From: Alphaproteobacteria bacterium
GTDB taxonomy: Bacteria; Pseudomonadota; Alphaproteobacteria; GCA-2731375
Assembly (NCBI GenBank): GCA_965232515.1
Contig: CBDDPY010000002.1
Span: 2,688,001-2,752,000, forward strand
Direction: 5' to 3'
Length of the DNA: 64,000 bases
The notes beneath the pieces are model-generated. The model saw only the letters and a list, made by a program, of their open reading frames with translations. It had not been told where the DNA came from and made no database searches. Both the position numbers and the translations under genes were made by a program. This document shows positions 30,287-43,024 of the stretch, one piece after another. How positions within the stretch are numbered: the first letter of the stretch is position 1; each line of letters begins with the position of its first letter.

Positions 30287-30393
30287 ATCCTTCGAGACGC
30301 GCCCTGCCGGGCGCTCCTCAGGATGAGGTTGGGGTTCGATACCGATGCCCGACCTCATGTTGAGGAGGACCTGCAAGGTCCGTCTCGAAACAT
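30287..30393. repeat. pair of inverted REP-like units (CCTCAT..TGAGGAG..GTCTCGAA type)
   Basis: 30287-30328 read on the minus strand is cctcatcctgaggagcgcccggcagggcgcgtctcgaaggat. 30353-30393 is cctcatgttgaggaggacctgcaaggtccgtctcgaaacat. Confidence 0.75.
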
Positions 30394-30423
30394 GCGATAT
30401 CGGTTCCCGAAGGTCGGACCGGG

Positions 30424-30891
30424 TCACTGCCGCATGTGCCGGTTCATCATGTCGTGGCGCGCGCGGATGTCGGCGGGCCAGCGGCTTTTGATGTAGGCGA
30501 GCACGGCGACGATCTCGTCGTCCGACAGGATGCCCTCGTAGGCCGGCATGTCGCTTTGATAGCCCCGGCCGACGAAGGCGGCGGGCCCGCGCTTTGTCAG
30601 CTCGAAGAGATGCAGGTCGGGATGGTGCCAGGTATGGCCCGTGGCGTCGTGCGGTGGCGCCGGCAGGCGGCCGTTCGGCAGTCGCCGCCGCCAGTCGGGT
30701 TGGCCTTCGAGGTTGGCGCCATGGCAGGCGGCGCAGTGCTCGGTATAGATCTCCCTGCCCTCGGCCACGGCGGCGGCGTCGGTGGCATCGATCACGACGG
30801 CGCCCGCCGGCCGGTCGACATACCAGTAAAGACCGCCCGCGCCGACGGCGAGAACGGCGAGCGCGACAAGCAACAGTCGGCGGCGAGGCAA
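30424..30891 (-). CDS. class I cytochrome c
   Basis: N-terminal [22 protein letters not shown] and MPAY. Confidence 0.9.
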   Translation of the reverse strand: MPRRRLLLVALAVLAVGAGGLYWYVDRPAGAVVIDATDAAAVAEGREIYTEHCAACHGANLEGQPDWRRRLPNGRLPAPPHDATGHTWHHPDLHLFELTKRGPAAFVGRGYQSDMPAYEGILSDDEIVAVLAYIKSRWPADIRARHDMMNRHMRQ

Positions 30892-30893
30892 GC

Positions 30894-33239
<2,346 letters not shown>

Positions 33240-33249
33240 TGGCAGCCTC

Positions 33250-33280
33250 GACATAGGCATTCCAGTCACTGGAAGGTCAA
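33250..33280 (-). promoter_or_regulatory. MerR/CueR-type promoter-operator
   Basis: Minus strand: TTGACC, a 19-nt spacer containing the palindrome TTCCAGT-G-ACTGGAA, then TATGTC. Confidence 0.8.
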
Positions 33281-33402
33281 GAGAACAACAGGATGGCGCT
33301 CATTTCTATTGCGTTAGGCACGCCAACCAGCCACTAACCGGGTTCATGTCATCAATCCGGCCGCGCCGCCACATGTCCTGAGCCGGCAACCAGGAATTCG
33401 TT

Positions 33403-34299
33403 TTGTCCTCTCAACGGACCGTCGATAGCTACGACTATCTGCTGCTGGTGCTGCTTGCCTTCGGCTGGGGGTCGAGCTTTCTGGCCATCAAGCTGGCGGT
33501 CGACAGCGTGTCGCCGGCAACCATCACGCTGGGGCGCATGGCGATCAGCGCCGGTTTCCTGTTCCTGCTGGTGAAGCGCCAGGGGCAGGCCTTGCCGACG
33601 GACGCCGTGATCTGGTGGTGCCTCGCCGGTGTCGCGCTGTTCGGCAACGCGCTGCCGTTCTTCCTGATCGCGGCGGCGGAGGAACATGTCGACAGCGGCC
33701 TTGCCGCGATTTTGATCGGCGCGACGCCGCTGTTCACCATCCTGCTGGCGCATCGCTTCACGTCGGACGAAAAGCTGACGCCGCAGCGGCTGATCGGCGT
33801 GGGCATCGGCTTTCTCGGGCTGATCGCGCTTGTGGGTTGGGACGTGCTTCGGGGGCTGGGTGAGGATCTGGGCGCACAAGTCCTGCTGCTGGCGGCGGCG
33901 CTCAGCTTCGCCATTAATGCGGTCGTGGCGCGCCGCATGCCGCCGCAGCCGCATCTGGTCAGCAGCTTCGCCGTCAGCCTGTGCGCCACCGTCATGCTGT
34001 TTCCGTTCGCCGTGGCGACCGACGGTATGTCGGCGCCGGCGCCGGACTGGCCGGCGGTGCTCGGCATCGTCTGGCTCGGCCTGGTGTCGACGGCGGGCGC
34101 CACGATCGCCTTCTTCGCGCTGATCCGGCGCGCCGGCGCCGGCTTTACGGCGCAGGGCAATTACCTGGTCCCGATGATCGCCGTCATGTTGGGGGTTTTG
34201 GTACTGGGCGAACAGCCGGCCTGGAACCAGCTCGCCGCGCTGGCATTGATTCTGCTGGGGATTTTCGTCGCCAACCTCAGTCCGTCCCGTCGTCGATGA
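33403..34299 (+). CDS. DMT/EamA family transporter
   Basis: About 10 TMs, with WGSSF, SGLAAIL, E.L and LGE motifs. Confidence 0.9.
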   Translation: MSSQRTVDSYDYLLLVLLAFGWGSSFLAIKLAVDSVSPATITLGRMAISAGFLFLLVKRQGQALPTDAVIWWCLAGVALFGNALPFFLIAAAEEHVDSGLAAILIGATPLFTILLAHRFTSDEKLTPQRLIGVGIGFLGLIALVGWDVLRGLGEDLGAQVLLLAAALSFAINAVVARRMPPQPHLVSSFAVSLCATVMLFPFAVATDGMSAPAPDWPAVLGIVWLGLVSTAGATIAFFALIRRAGAGFTAQGNYLVPMIAVMLGVLVLGEQPAWNQLAALALILLGIFVANLSPSRRR

Positions 34300-34909
34300 C
34301 CCTGATGCCTAAGGGCTTCAGTCGGCCGTCGTTGACGGGGCCGATTTCGCGCGGACAGCAGGAAATGGCGCCGAGGATGTCCATCTCGGCCCGGAGGTCG
34401 ATGTGGTCGCCCTTCTCGGCCGTCGGCGGCAGGATCGTGAACCGGCCATCGGGCTCGATCTCGACATTCATGAAGCAGTTGAAGACGTCGACGATGTCGT
34501 CGCCGACGATGCCGTAGGGCGCCAGCGCCTCGGCCAGGTTTTCCTGGCACGAGCGATGGTCGTGATCGTTGTCGCGCATTTCGTAGAGCCGCCGGCTGCA
34601 GCGGCCGCCCATGCTGCCGAAATGGTTGCCCACGGTGTCCTCGATCACCGTCAGCATGACATTTTCGCGCGGCGGCTTGGAGTAGAAATGCTTGTAGTTG
34701 CGCCCAGTACCCATGCCCAGCATGACGTTGATCGCCCAGGTCTGGCCGACGTGAAAGCTCTCGCGGAAATCGTGCGCGTTGAAGAAGGCGACGTCGCCGA
34801 CCTGCCGGCCCTCGACCTGATAGATCTGCAGGATCTGGCCGCGCTTTACCTCGAAGGCGCCGCCGTGGCCGGCCGGCACCTCGAATTCCTTGATGATCTG
34901 TCTGGCCAT
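34277..34909 (-). CDS. DUF1989 (urea carboxylase-associated family) protein
   Basis: GQILQI..EG.QV.D, H...G.C, SC.ENL, FMNV and EMD..AISCCP motifs. Confidence 0.85.
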   Translation of the reverse strand: MARQIIKEFEVPAGHGGAFEVKRGQILQIYQVEGRQVGDVAFFNAHDFRESFHVGQTWAINVMLGMGTGRNYKHFYSKPPRENVMLTVIEDTVGNHFGSMGGRCSRRLYEMRDNDHDHRSCQENLAEALAPYGIVGDDIVDVFNCFMNVEIEPDGRFTILPPTAEKGDHIDLRAEMDILGAISCCPREIGPVNDGRLKPLGIRVIDDGTD

Positions 34910-34951
34910 TGCCGAACCTCCCGTTGACCGAGAGGTTAGCACGGCCGGCGA

Positions 34952-35236
34952 TCAGTCGCGGTCGAGATACATCCACCAGACCGGGCGCGGCGGCTGGCCG
35001 CGCTCCGGCTCGCGTGCCATGGCCCGGACCTTCCAGCCGTCCGCATAGAGATCGGCCAACGACGTGCGCCGACCTTCGTTGCTGCCGGGGAAGATGCAGG
35101 ACAGCGAGGTCGCCGGCACCGGCGGCTGCAGGCCGGTGCTGGAGCAGCGCATGACCTCGGCCGCCGACGCAGTGAACGCGGTCGCTGCGGCGAGCAGGCC
35201 GCCCAGCAGCAACGGCGCTAGGAGACGGCGTGCCAT
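34952..35236 (-). CDS. small exported hypothetical protein
   Basis: Signal peptide ending ASA/A and two Cys. Overlaps the upstream gene by 19 nt. Confidence 0.6.
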   Translation of the reverse strand: MARRLLAPLLLGGLLAAATAFTASAAEVMRCSSTGLQPPVPATSLSCIFPGSNEGRRTSLADLYADGWKVRAMAREPERGQPPRPVWWMYLDRD

Positions 35237-36546
35237 TGGCCGTCAACGCCCAGGAACTCGGCGCCGTCGTTGCGATAGAAGCTGTCGGCGCCGGCGTCCT
35301 GCAGGACGGCGAGCATCTTCGGCAGCGGCTTGCCCTCGGCCTTGAGACGGTCGATGACCTTGGCCGGGCCGAGCGCGTCCAGCATCTCGAACGGGCCCTG
35401 GCGCCAGGCAAAGCCCCAGCGCATGGCCCGGTCGACATTGACGATATCGTCGGCGATGTCCGGCACGAGATCGGCCGCATAAAGCAGCGTCGCGCCCATT
35501 ACCCGCCAGGCGAAGCGGCCGAGGGCATCGTCCGCCATGAGCAGGCCAGGAAGCGTCTGGTGGTCGGCGTCGAGCGCGGCGGTGGCGGCGTCGCGCCAGT
35601 CCTCGGTGCCGAGATCGAAGGTTTCCTTCAGGCGGCCGCCGTCGTCGGTCTTGCGCATGCGGTAGAAACCGCCGCCCGCCTTGCGGCCGAGCTGGCCGCG
35701 GCCGTGCATGGCCTCGATCTTCGGCGGGAACGACGCGTATTGCCGGCCGACATCGTCGGCGCCGAGATTGGCGGCAAGGTTCTCCGCCACCAGGTGCATG
35801 ACGTCGAGCCCGATCAGGTCGACCAGGCCGAACAGGCCCGTCGCCGGCACCCCGACGGGCGCGCTCATGGCCGCATCGATGTCCTCGATGGTCAGGCCCT
35901 CGGCGAAGGCCTTGTCGGCCTCGTGCAGGCCGGCCAGCATCCAGAAGCAGCCGATGCGGTTGGCGATGAAGTTGACCGTGTCTTTGGCCCAGACCACGCC
36001 CTTGCCGAGGCCGCCGTCGATGAATTGGGCCAAGCCGTCGATCACCTCCGCCTCGGTGTCCTCGCCGGGCACCAGCTCGACCAGCTTCATGACCTTGACG
36101 GGATTGAAGAAGTGGGTGACGGCGATGTCGCGGCGAAGGCGCTCGGGCATGCCGGCGGCGATGTCCTTCAGCGGGATGCCGCTCGTGTTGGTGGACAGAA
36201 CAGAGCCGTCGCGGCGCGCCGCCTCCAACCGCTCGAACAGGCCGCGCTTGATCTCCAGGTTCTCGGCCACGGCCTCGACGATCAGGTCGTAGTCGGCGAC
36301 CTTGGCGATGTCGTCCTCGAAATTGCCGACCGCGATCCGCTCGGCGTCGGCGGCATCGTCGAGTGCCGCCGGCTTGCCGTTCACCATCCGGTCCTTGGCG
36401 CCAAGCGCGATGGCGTTGCGGTCGCCCTCCTTGGCCGGCAGGTCCAGCAGCAGCACGTCGAAGCCCTTGGAGGCGCAATGCGCGGCGATGCCGGCGCCCA
36501 TGGTGCCGGCGCCCATCACGGCGACCGATTTGATCTCGCGTGCCAT
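35218..36546 (-). CDS. 3-hydroxyacyl-CoA dehydrogenase family protein
   Basis: GAGTMGAGIA, EAV.E..IK, STNTSG, HFFNP, FIANRI and DRAMRWGF..GPFE motifs. Confidence 0.92.
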   Translation of the reverse strand: MAREIKSVAVMGAGTMGAGIAAHCASKGFDVLLLDLPAKEGDRNAIALGAKDRMVNGKPAALDDAADAERIAVGNFEDDIAKVADYDLIVEAVAENLEIKRGLFERLEAARRDGSVLSTNTSGIPLKDIAAGMPERLRRDIAVTHFFNPVKVMKLVELVPGEDTEAEVIDGLAQFIDGGLGKGVVWAKDTVNFIANRIGCFWMLAGLHEADKAFAEGLTIEDIDAAMSAPVGVPATGLFGLVDLIGLDVMHLVAENLAANLGADDVGRQYASFPPKIEAMHGRGQLGRKAGGGFYRMRKTDDGGRLKETFDLGTEDWRDAATAALDADHQTLPGLLMADDALGRFAWRVMGATLLYAADLVPDIADDIVNVDRAMRWGFAWRQGPFEMLDALGPAKVIDRLKAEGKPLPKMLAVLQDAGADSFYRNDGAEFLGVDGQWHAVS

Positions 36547-36551
36547 CCCCT

Positions 36552-36797
36552 TCACTCCATGCCCAGCGCGTGCTTGTAGGTGTCCAGCAGCGCGTCCTGT
36601 TCCTGCAACTCGGCCGTGTCCAGCTTCCGCAGCTTGATCACCTGGCGCATGATCTTCGGATCGAAACCGACGCCCTTGGCCTCGGAATAAATCTCACGGA
36701 CATCGGCGGCCAGCGCCGCCTTTTCCTCTTCCAACCGCTCGATGCGCTCGATGAAGCTCCGCAAGCGATCCGCTGCAATGCCGCCAACGTCGGCCAT
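36552..36797 (-). CDS. gapR: DUF2312/GapR nucleoid-associated protein
   Basis: [32 protein letters not shown] pattern. Confidence 0.9.
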   Translation of the reverse strand: MADVGGIAADRLRSFIERIERLEEEKAALAADVREIYSEAKGVGFDPKIMRQVIKLRKLDTAELQEQDALLDTYKHALGME

Positions 36798-36936
36798 GGC
36801 CATGCGCTCCCTGATGACTGAATACGTGTCGCCGATGACAATATGATGTCCCGCCGGTCGGCCCGGCCGGGTCGCGAACATACTCAGATCAGGGCATCCG
36901 CGCAACGCGCAGAAATGGCCTGCGCGGACTAACCGA

Positions 36937-37257
<321 letters not shown>

Positions 37258-37310
37258 CACATCCTCCTGAATCGGCGCCCTACGGTCATATAGGCGGTCA
37301 CGAGCCGGCC

Positions 37311-38447
37311 TCAAAGATCCCGCACGGTCTCCTCGATCAGCCAGTCGACAACGGCATGCAGCGCCGCCTGCTTGTCGCCGCCCTCGTCCAGCGTCCGCTG
37401 ATAGATCGCGCGCTGGCTCTGGGCGCTGGTGCCACGCGCAATGATGTCGCGGGCGTTCTCGACCTCCTCGACGCAACCGAAGCGTTCGGCGTCGTCGCGG
37501 ACCAGGTCAAGAACTTCGTCGATCAGATCGGCCAGCGGCACCTGCTCGCCGCTGCCGAAATCGATCAGCGTGTCGGTCGGCCCGTAACGTTGTGCCCGCC
37601 AGCGGTTCTCCTGCACGCAGATCAACGGGTAGATGCGCCAGCGCTGGTTCATCAGGCGCAGACGGTAGAGCATGCTGATGATGCAGCGGTAGAGCGCGGC
37701 AATGGTGACGGTGTCGTCGAGGCGGGTGCAGATGTCGGTCATCCGCATCTCCAGCGTCGGGAACCGGCAGCTCGGCCGCACGTCCCACCAGATCTTCGAG
37801 CCGTCCTCGATCAGGTTGGCGCCGACGAGGCGCGAGACCAGCCGCTCGTACTCGCCGTAGGAATCGAACCGTTCCGGCACGCCGGTGCGTGGCAGCGCGT
37901 CGAACACGGTGAGGCGATAGGACATGAGGCCGGTGTCCTCGCCCTGCCAGAACGGCGACGAGGTGCTGAGCGCCAGCAGATGCGGCAGGAAATAGCTGAC
38001 CTGGTTCATCACATCGACGCGCAGGTCTTCCGGCTCGATGGCGCAATGCACGTGCATGCCGCAGATCAGCAGCCGGCGGACGACGCCGGCGAGATCGCGG
38101 GCGAGGTCGTCGTAGCGGTCCTTCTGCGTATGTTGCTGGGCCTGCCAGTTGGCGAACGGGTGCGTGGAGGCGGCGATCGGCGCCAGGCCGTGCTTGTCGG
38201 CGACCTCGGCGACGGTCGCGCGCAGAACGGCCAGATCCTTGCGGGCGTCGGCCACCGTGGCGCAGACCCGGGTGCCGACCTCGATCTGCGACTTCAGGAA
38301 TTCGGGCGTGACCTGGCCCTGCAGCCGCTTCTCGCATTCGTCCATCAGCGACGGCGGCGGCTCGACGGCGAGATCCCGTGTCTTGCGATCGACCAGGAGG
38401 TATTCCTCCTCGATGCCGATGGTGAAGGACGGCTGCTGGATCGACAT
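37311..38447 (-). CDS. carboxylate-amine ligase (YbdK/GCS2 family)
   Basis: TIGIEEEY, THPF, GMHVH, SSPFW, WWDVRP and TLEMR motifs. Confidence 0.93.
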   Translation of the reverse strand: MSIQQPSFTIGIEEEYLLVDRKTRDLAVEPPPSLMDECEKRLQGQVTPEFLKSQIEVGTRVCATVADARKDLAVLRATVAEVADKHGLAPIAASTHPFANWQAQQHTQKDRYDDLARDLAGVVRRLLICGMHVHCAIEPEDLRVDVMNQVSYFLPHLLALSTSSPFWQGEDTGLMSYRLTVFDALPRTGVPERFDSYGEYERLVSRLVGANLIEDGSKIWWDVRPSCRFPTLEMRMTDICTRLDDTVTIAALYRCIISMLYRLRLMNQRWRIYPLICVQENRWRAQRYGPTDTLIDFGSGEQVPLADLIDEVLDLVRDDAERFGCVEEVENARDIIARGTSAQSQRAIYQRTLDEGGDKQAALHAVVDWLIEETVRDL

Positions 38448-38449
38448 GG

Positions 38450-39256
38450 CTATTTCGGCTCCAGGCGGTAGAGGTCGGCTTCGGCCAGCACCGGCCTGAG
38501 CGCGGCGAACAGGATATGCGCCCAGCTCTCGGCGCCGTGATGGGTATCGATCAGGTCCTGCCGGACCTCGAACACGGCCATCGGCAGGCCGCGCACGTGC
38601 CCGTAGACATGGATCGCATAGCCACGCGGATCGTCGCCGGTATAGGGCTCGTTGTCGCCGACGGTGAGCGCCGGGTTGCGTCGCAGCTCGTCGACCAGCG
38701 GGGCGGCCATGCGCCGGTCCACGGCCGACAGCAGCCCGACATGCCAGGGCCGCTCGAAGCCGTTCATGACGGGCGTGAAGCTGTGCACCGAGATCACGGC
38801 CGGCACCACGCCGCGGGCAGCGAACTGGTCGAGGCGGCGCTCGACCTCACGGTGATAGGGAATGAAATGGCGCTCGATGCGGCGGCGCTTTTCGGCCGCG
38901 TCGACATCGCTGTTGCCGGGGATGACGATGCCGTCGCTGATCGCCGGAATGAGGCTGGGGTCGTCGTGCGGCCGGTTGCAGTCGACCACCAGGCGCGAGG
39001 TGCCGCACAGCACCGCCGGCGCGTCCAGCAGGCCGGCGAGGCGCCGGGTCACATCGGCGGCGCCGATGTCCCAGGCGATGTGCCGCTGCAGCAAGCTGTC
39101 GTCGAGCCCGAGCGAGTCGTATTCCGGCGGCACGACGCGGCTGGCGTGATCGCAGATCAGCAGCGCCCGCGCCGCGCCGTCCGGATTGGCCAGCTCGAAG
39201 GCCGGCGCGACGGCCGCGGCCGCATCGGCCGTGGGCGTGGCGATATCATCCAACAT
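38450..39256 (-). CDS. N-formylglutamate amidohydrolase family
   Basis: CDHAS, HIAWDIG, SRLVVDCNR, HSFTP, NEPY and EVRQDLI motifs. Confidence 0.92.
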   Translation of the reverse strand: MLDDIATPTADAAAAVAPAFELANPDGAARALLICDHASRVVPPEYDSLGLDDSLLQRHIAWDIGAADVTRRLAGLLDAPAVLCGTSRLVVDCNRPHDDPSLIPAISDGIVIPGNSDVDAAEKRRRIERHFIPYHREVERRLDQFAARGVVPAVISVHSFTPVMNGFERPWHVGLLSAVDRRMAAPLVDELRRNPALTVGDNEPYTGDDPRGYAIHVYGHVRGLPMAVFEVRQDLIDTHHGAESWAHILFAALRPVLAEADLYRLEPK

Positions 39257-39319
39257 GGCTGGAACTATATACCGCGGCGAAATGGCACGGGAAGCGCGCA
39301 GCCACCCGACGGGCCGGCG

Positions 39320-40150
39320 CTAGTCGGGCCTGCGGCCGCCGATGGCTTCCGTGATCCGCGCGGCCGTGCGGCCAACCAGCTCGCCCAGCTTGGGCACGCG
39401 GTCATGCGCGATGCGCGCGGACGGTCCGGTGAGCGACACGGCGGCGACGGCGTCGCCGTTCTCGTCGTAGACGGCCGCCGCGACGCAGCGCATGCCGAGC
39501 GCCTGCTCCTCGTCGTCCACGGCAAAGCCCGCCTCGCGCACGCGGGCCAGCTCGGCCGCGAAATCGTCGATCGTGGTCAACGTCTTGGGCGTCATGCGCG
39601 GCAGCCCGGTCCGGGTCAGCAGGCGTTCGACATTCCGCTTCGGCAGCGCCGCCAGCAGCGCCTTGCCGACACCGGAGCAATGCGCCGGCGGCCGGGCGCC
39701 CGGCAGGGCGTGCGCGCGCATCACCTGCCGGCATTCGACCTGACTGAGATAGACCGGCTCGTCATGGTCGAGCACGGCGAGGTTCACCGACTCGCCCGCC
39801 TCCTCCATCAGCTCGCGCATGAACGGCCGGGCGATGGCGACGATGTCCCGTGCCCTGACAAACGCGCTGCCGACGGTGAACGCCTTGACGCCGACGAACC
39901 AGAGGCCGCGCTCGGCGTCCTGGTCGACGTAACCCATCTGCTCGAGGCTCTTCAGCAGACGGTGCGCGGTCGACGGCGCCAGACCGACGTCCTGGGCGAG
40001 ATCGGTAAGCGTGACGCCATGCTCGTGCTCGGACACGCGGTCCAGCAGCGTCAGCGCCCGCACAAGGGACTGGACCTGGCCGGATTCCTTGCCCGTCGCG
40101 CCCATCGACGGGCGTCCGCGGCGTTTTGACGGTGTGTCAATTGTGGCCAT
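39320..40150 (-). CDS. IclR family regulator (AllR/BhcR-like)
   Basis: N-terminal RRGRP, QSLVRAL HTH, GESVNLA, H.SG.GKALLA and DDEE..GMRC. Confidence 0.92.
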   Translation of the reverse strand: MATIDTPSKRRGRPSMGATGKESGQVQSLVRALTLLDRVSEHEHGVTLTDLAQDVGLAPSTAHRLLKSLEQMGYVDQDAERGLWFVGVKAFTVGSAFVRARDIVAIARPFMRELMEEAGESVNLAVLDHDEPVYLSQVECRQVMRAHALPGARPPAHCSGVGKALLAALPKRNVERLLTRTGLPRMTPKTLTTIDDFAAELARVREAGFAVDDEEQALGMRCVAAAVYDENGDAVAAVSLTGPSARIAHDRVPKLGELVGRTAARITEAIGGRRPD

Positions 40151-40162
40151 CTGGTCCTGCAT

Positions 40163-40199
40163 TATTGCTATTGGGAACCTCGTTTTCGCCATTGGGAAC
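40163..40199. promoter_or_regulatory. tandem candidate IclR-family operators
   Basis: attgggaac is repeated with 21-bp spacing. tttcgccattgggaa matches the site upstream of glcD at 12/15 positions. Confidence 0.55.
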
Positions 40200-40247
40200 T
40201 TATGGCAGCATCGTTATATACTCAAAAGTACGAGTAGGTTGAGGGCC

Positions 40248-41495
40248 ATGCACGACAATCCAGCAGAGTTGCTGCGCGCGATGTTCGACGTCGCGGTGGC
40301 GACGGCGGATCCCGCTGTCTGTGTTCCACCGCATCTGCCGCGCGCGCCGAAGGGCCGGGCGGTTGTCCTGGGCGCCGGCAAAGCGGCCGCCAGCATGGCC
40401 AAAGCCGTCGAGGACAACTGGTCGGCGCCGGTCGAAGGCCTGGTCGTGACCCGTTATGGCCACAGTATGCCGACCGAGCGGATCGAGGTCGTGGAGGCGG
40501 CGCACCCGGTGCCCGATACCGCCGGCCTGGAAGCCGCGCGCCGCATGCTGGAGATCGCCCTTGGTCTGGGTGAGGACGACCTGGCGCTGGTGCTGATCTC
40601 GGGCGGCGGGTCGGCGCTGATGACGCTGCCGGCGGCCGGCATCAGCCTCGAGGACAAGCAGGCGGTGAACCGGGCGCTGCTGAAGTCAGGCGCGCCGATT
40701 GATGAGATGAACACGGTGCGCAAGCATCTGTCGGCCATCAAGGGCGGCCGGCTGGCCGCCGCCGCGGCGCCGGCCCAGGTCCTGACGCTTTCGATCTCGG
40801 ACGTGCCCGGCGACGACCCGGCCGTGATCGCGTCGGGACCGACGGTACCCGACCCAACGACATTCGCCGATGCCCGCGCGATTTTGGAGAAGTACGGCAT
40901 CGAGCCGCCGGAGAGCGTGGCGCGATTCCTGTCCAGCGCCGCGGAAGAAACGCCCAAACCGGGCGATCCGCGCTTGAGCAGAGCCGTCAACAAGATCGTC
41001 GCCACGCCGGGCAAGGTGCTTTCGGTGGCAGCCGAGGCGGCCTGGGCCGCCGACTACGAGGTCGAGATCCTGGGCGACGACCTGGAGGGCGAGGCCCGCG
41101 TTCTGGGCGCCGAGCATGCGGCGCTGGCGCAGGACCGCAACCGGGCCGTGGTGCTGCTGTCGGGCGGAGAAACCACGGTGACCGTGGCCGGCGACGGGCG
41201 CGGCGGCCGCAATGTCGAATACCTTCTGGGGATGGCACTGGCGCTGGACGGCGCCGCCGGCATCCACGCGATCGCCTGCGACACCGACGGCATCGACGGC
41301 ACCGAGGACAATGCCGGCGCCATGATCGGCCCCGACACGCTTGCGCGCGCGGCCGAGTTGGGTCTGAACGCCGAGGCGATGCTGGCCAACAACGATGCCT
41401 ACAGCTTCTTCGATGCGCTGGGCGATCTGGTGACAACAGGCCCAACGCTGACGAACGTCAACGACTTCCGCGCGATCCTCATCGATCCGAGCTAA
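40248..41495 (+). CDS. glycerate kinase type 2 (TtuD/GckA, MOFRL family)
   Basis: GAGKAAASMA, LISGGGSAL, SDVPGD, SGGETTV, DTDGIDG and TNVND motifs. Confidence 0.93.
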   Translation: MHDNPAELLRAMFDVAVATADPAVCVPPHLPRAPKGRAVVLGAGKAAASMAKAVEDNWSAPVEGLVVTRYGHSMPTERIEVVEAAHPVPDTAGLEAARRMLEIALGLGEDDLALVLISGGGSALMTLPAAGISLEDKQAVNRALLKSGAPIDEMNTVRKHLSAIKGGRLAAAAAPAQVLTLSISDVPGDDPAVIASGPTVPDPTTFADARAILEKYGIEPPESVARFLSSAAEETPKPGDPRLSRAVNKIVATPGKVLSVAAEAAWAADYEVEILGDDLEGEARVLGAEHAALAQDRNRAVVLLSGGETTVTVAGDGRGGRNVEYLLGMALALDGAAGIHAIACDTDGIDGTEDNAGAMIGPDTLARAAELGLNAEAMLANNDAYSFFDALGDLVTTGPTLTNVNDFRAILIDPS

Positions 41496-41577
41496 GACGC
41501 TAGCTCACAAGAAGTTTTTCGCCTTCGGTGCGTGTGGCCGCTGGCGCGATATGGTCGCGCGGCTTAAGGTGGCGGCG

Positions 41578-42999
41578 ATGAGACGGCAGCGGAATACCAA
41601 GATCCTGGCGACGCTCGGACCGGCCAGCAGCGAGCCGCCGGTCATCCGCGCGCTGTTCGACGCCGGCGCGGACGCCTTCCGGCTGAACTTCAGCCATGGC
41701 AGCCATGCCGATCATCGCGCGCGGCTGAAGATCATCCGGGCGCTGGAGCAGGAGACCGGCCGGCCGATATCGGTCGTCGCCGATCTGCAGGGGCCGAAGA
41801 TCCGCATCGGCGAGATCGCCAACGGCGAAACCATGATCGAGGACGGCAAGGCCTATCGCCTCGACCTGGAGGACCTGCCGGGCTGCGACACCCGGGCGCC
41901 GCTGCCGCATCCGGAAGTGTTCGAGGCGCTGAGCGAAGGCACCGAGCTGCTGATCGACGACGGCCGCGTCCGGCTCGAGGTCGAGACCGCGGGCGCCGAC
42001 TTCGCCGATTGCCGGATCATCACCGGCGGCCGTTTGAGCAACCGCAAGGGCGTCAACGTGCCGAACGCGGTGCTGCCAGTCGCCGCGCTGACCGACAAGG
42101 ACCGCGCCGATCTGCGCTTCGCGCTCGACGCCGACGTCGACTGGATCGCCATGAGCTTCATCCAGCGGCCGGACGATATCGCCGAGGCGAAGAAGCTGAT
42201 CGGCGGTCAGGCCGGCGTGATCGCCAAGATCGAAAAGCCGGCCGCGATCGACCGCATCGACGAGATTGTCGACCTGACGGACGCGCTGATGGTGGCGCGG
42301 GGCGATCTAGGCGTCGAGCTGCCGGTCGAGGAAGTGCCGGGCTTGCAGAAACGGCTGGTGCAGTTGTCGCGGCAGGCGGGCAAGCCGGTGATCGTGGCGA
42401 CGCAGATGCTGGAAAGCATGGTGGCGGCGCCGGTGCCGACGCGGGCCGAGGTGTCGGACGTGGCGACGGCGGTCTATGACGGCGCCGACGCGGTGATGCT
42501 GTCGGCCGAGACCGCCGCCGGCGAGCATCCGGTCGAGGCGGTAACAGTGATGAACCGGGTCGCCGAACGGGTGGAAACGGACCCGCTCTACCGCGGCATC
42601 ATGGACGCCGAGCATGCCGATCCCGAGGCGACGGCGGCCGATGCAATCACGGCGGCGGCCAGGCAGGTGGCGGAGACGATCTCGGCCGCGGCCATCGTCA
42701 CCTATACGACATCCGGATCGACCGCCCTGCGGGCGGCCCGGGAGCGGCCGACATCGCCGATCCTGGTCCTGACACCGCGCGTGGCGACGGCGCGAAGGTT
42801 GGCCATTGGCTGGGGCCTGCACTGCGTCGAAACCGAGGACGCGAACGATTTCGCCGACATGATCGACCGCGCCTGCAACGTCGCCCGCGACGAAAACATC
42901 GCCGCGGCGGGCCAGCGCCTGGTCGTTACCGCCGGCGTGCCCTTCGGCACCCCAGGCGCCACCAACGTCCTGCGCATCGCCTGGGTGCCGGCGGGGTAA
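41578..42999 (+). CDS. pyk: pyruvate kinase
   Basis: TKILATLGP, RLNFSHG, DLQGPKIR, MVARGDLGVE and ATQMLESM motifs. Confidence 0.97.
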   Translation: MRRQRNTKILATLGPASSEPPVIRALFDAGADAFRLNFSHGSHADHRARLKIIRALEQETGRPISVVADLQGPKIRIGEIANGETMIEDGKAYRLDLEDLPGCDTRAPLPHPEVFEALSEGTELLIDDGRVRLEVETAGADFADCRIITGGRLSNRKGVNVPNAVLPVAALTDKDRADLRFALDADVDWIAMSFIQRPDDIAEAKKLIGGQAGVIAKIEKPAAIDRIDEIVDLTDALMVARGDLGVELPVEEVPGLQKRLVQLSRQAGKPVIVATQMLESMVAAPVPTRAEVSDVATAVYDGADAVMLSAETAAGEHPVEAVTVMNRVAERVETDPLYRGIMDAEHADPEATAADAITAAARQVAETISAAAIVTYTTSGSTALRAARERPTSPILVLTPRVATARRLAIGWGLHCVETEDANDFADMIDRACNVARDENIAAAGQRLVVTAGVPFGTPGATNVLRIAWVPAG

Positions 43000-43024
43000 C
43001 AAGCACTCAAGCTCGCCCATGAGA

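Noticed and set aside
34277-34951. Guanidine riboswitch ahead of the DUF1989 gene
   Set aside because: Only about 40 nt are intergenic and no riboswitch motifs are visible.
36552-36570. GapR C-terminal GME as a Pup-like GGE tag
   Set aside because: ALGM is the normal family terminus, so the resemblance is likely coincidental.
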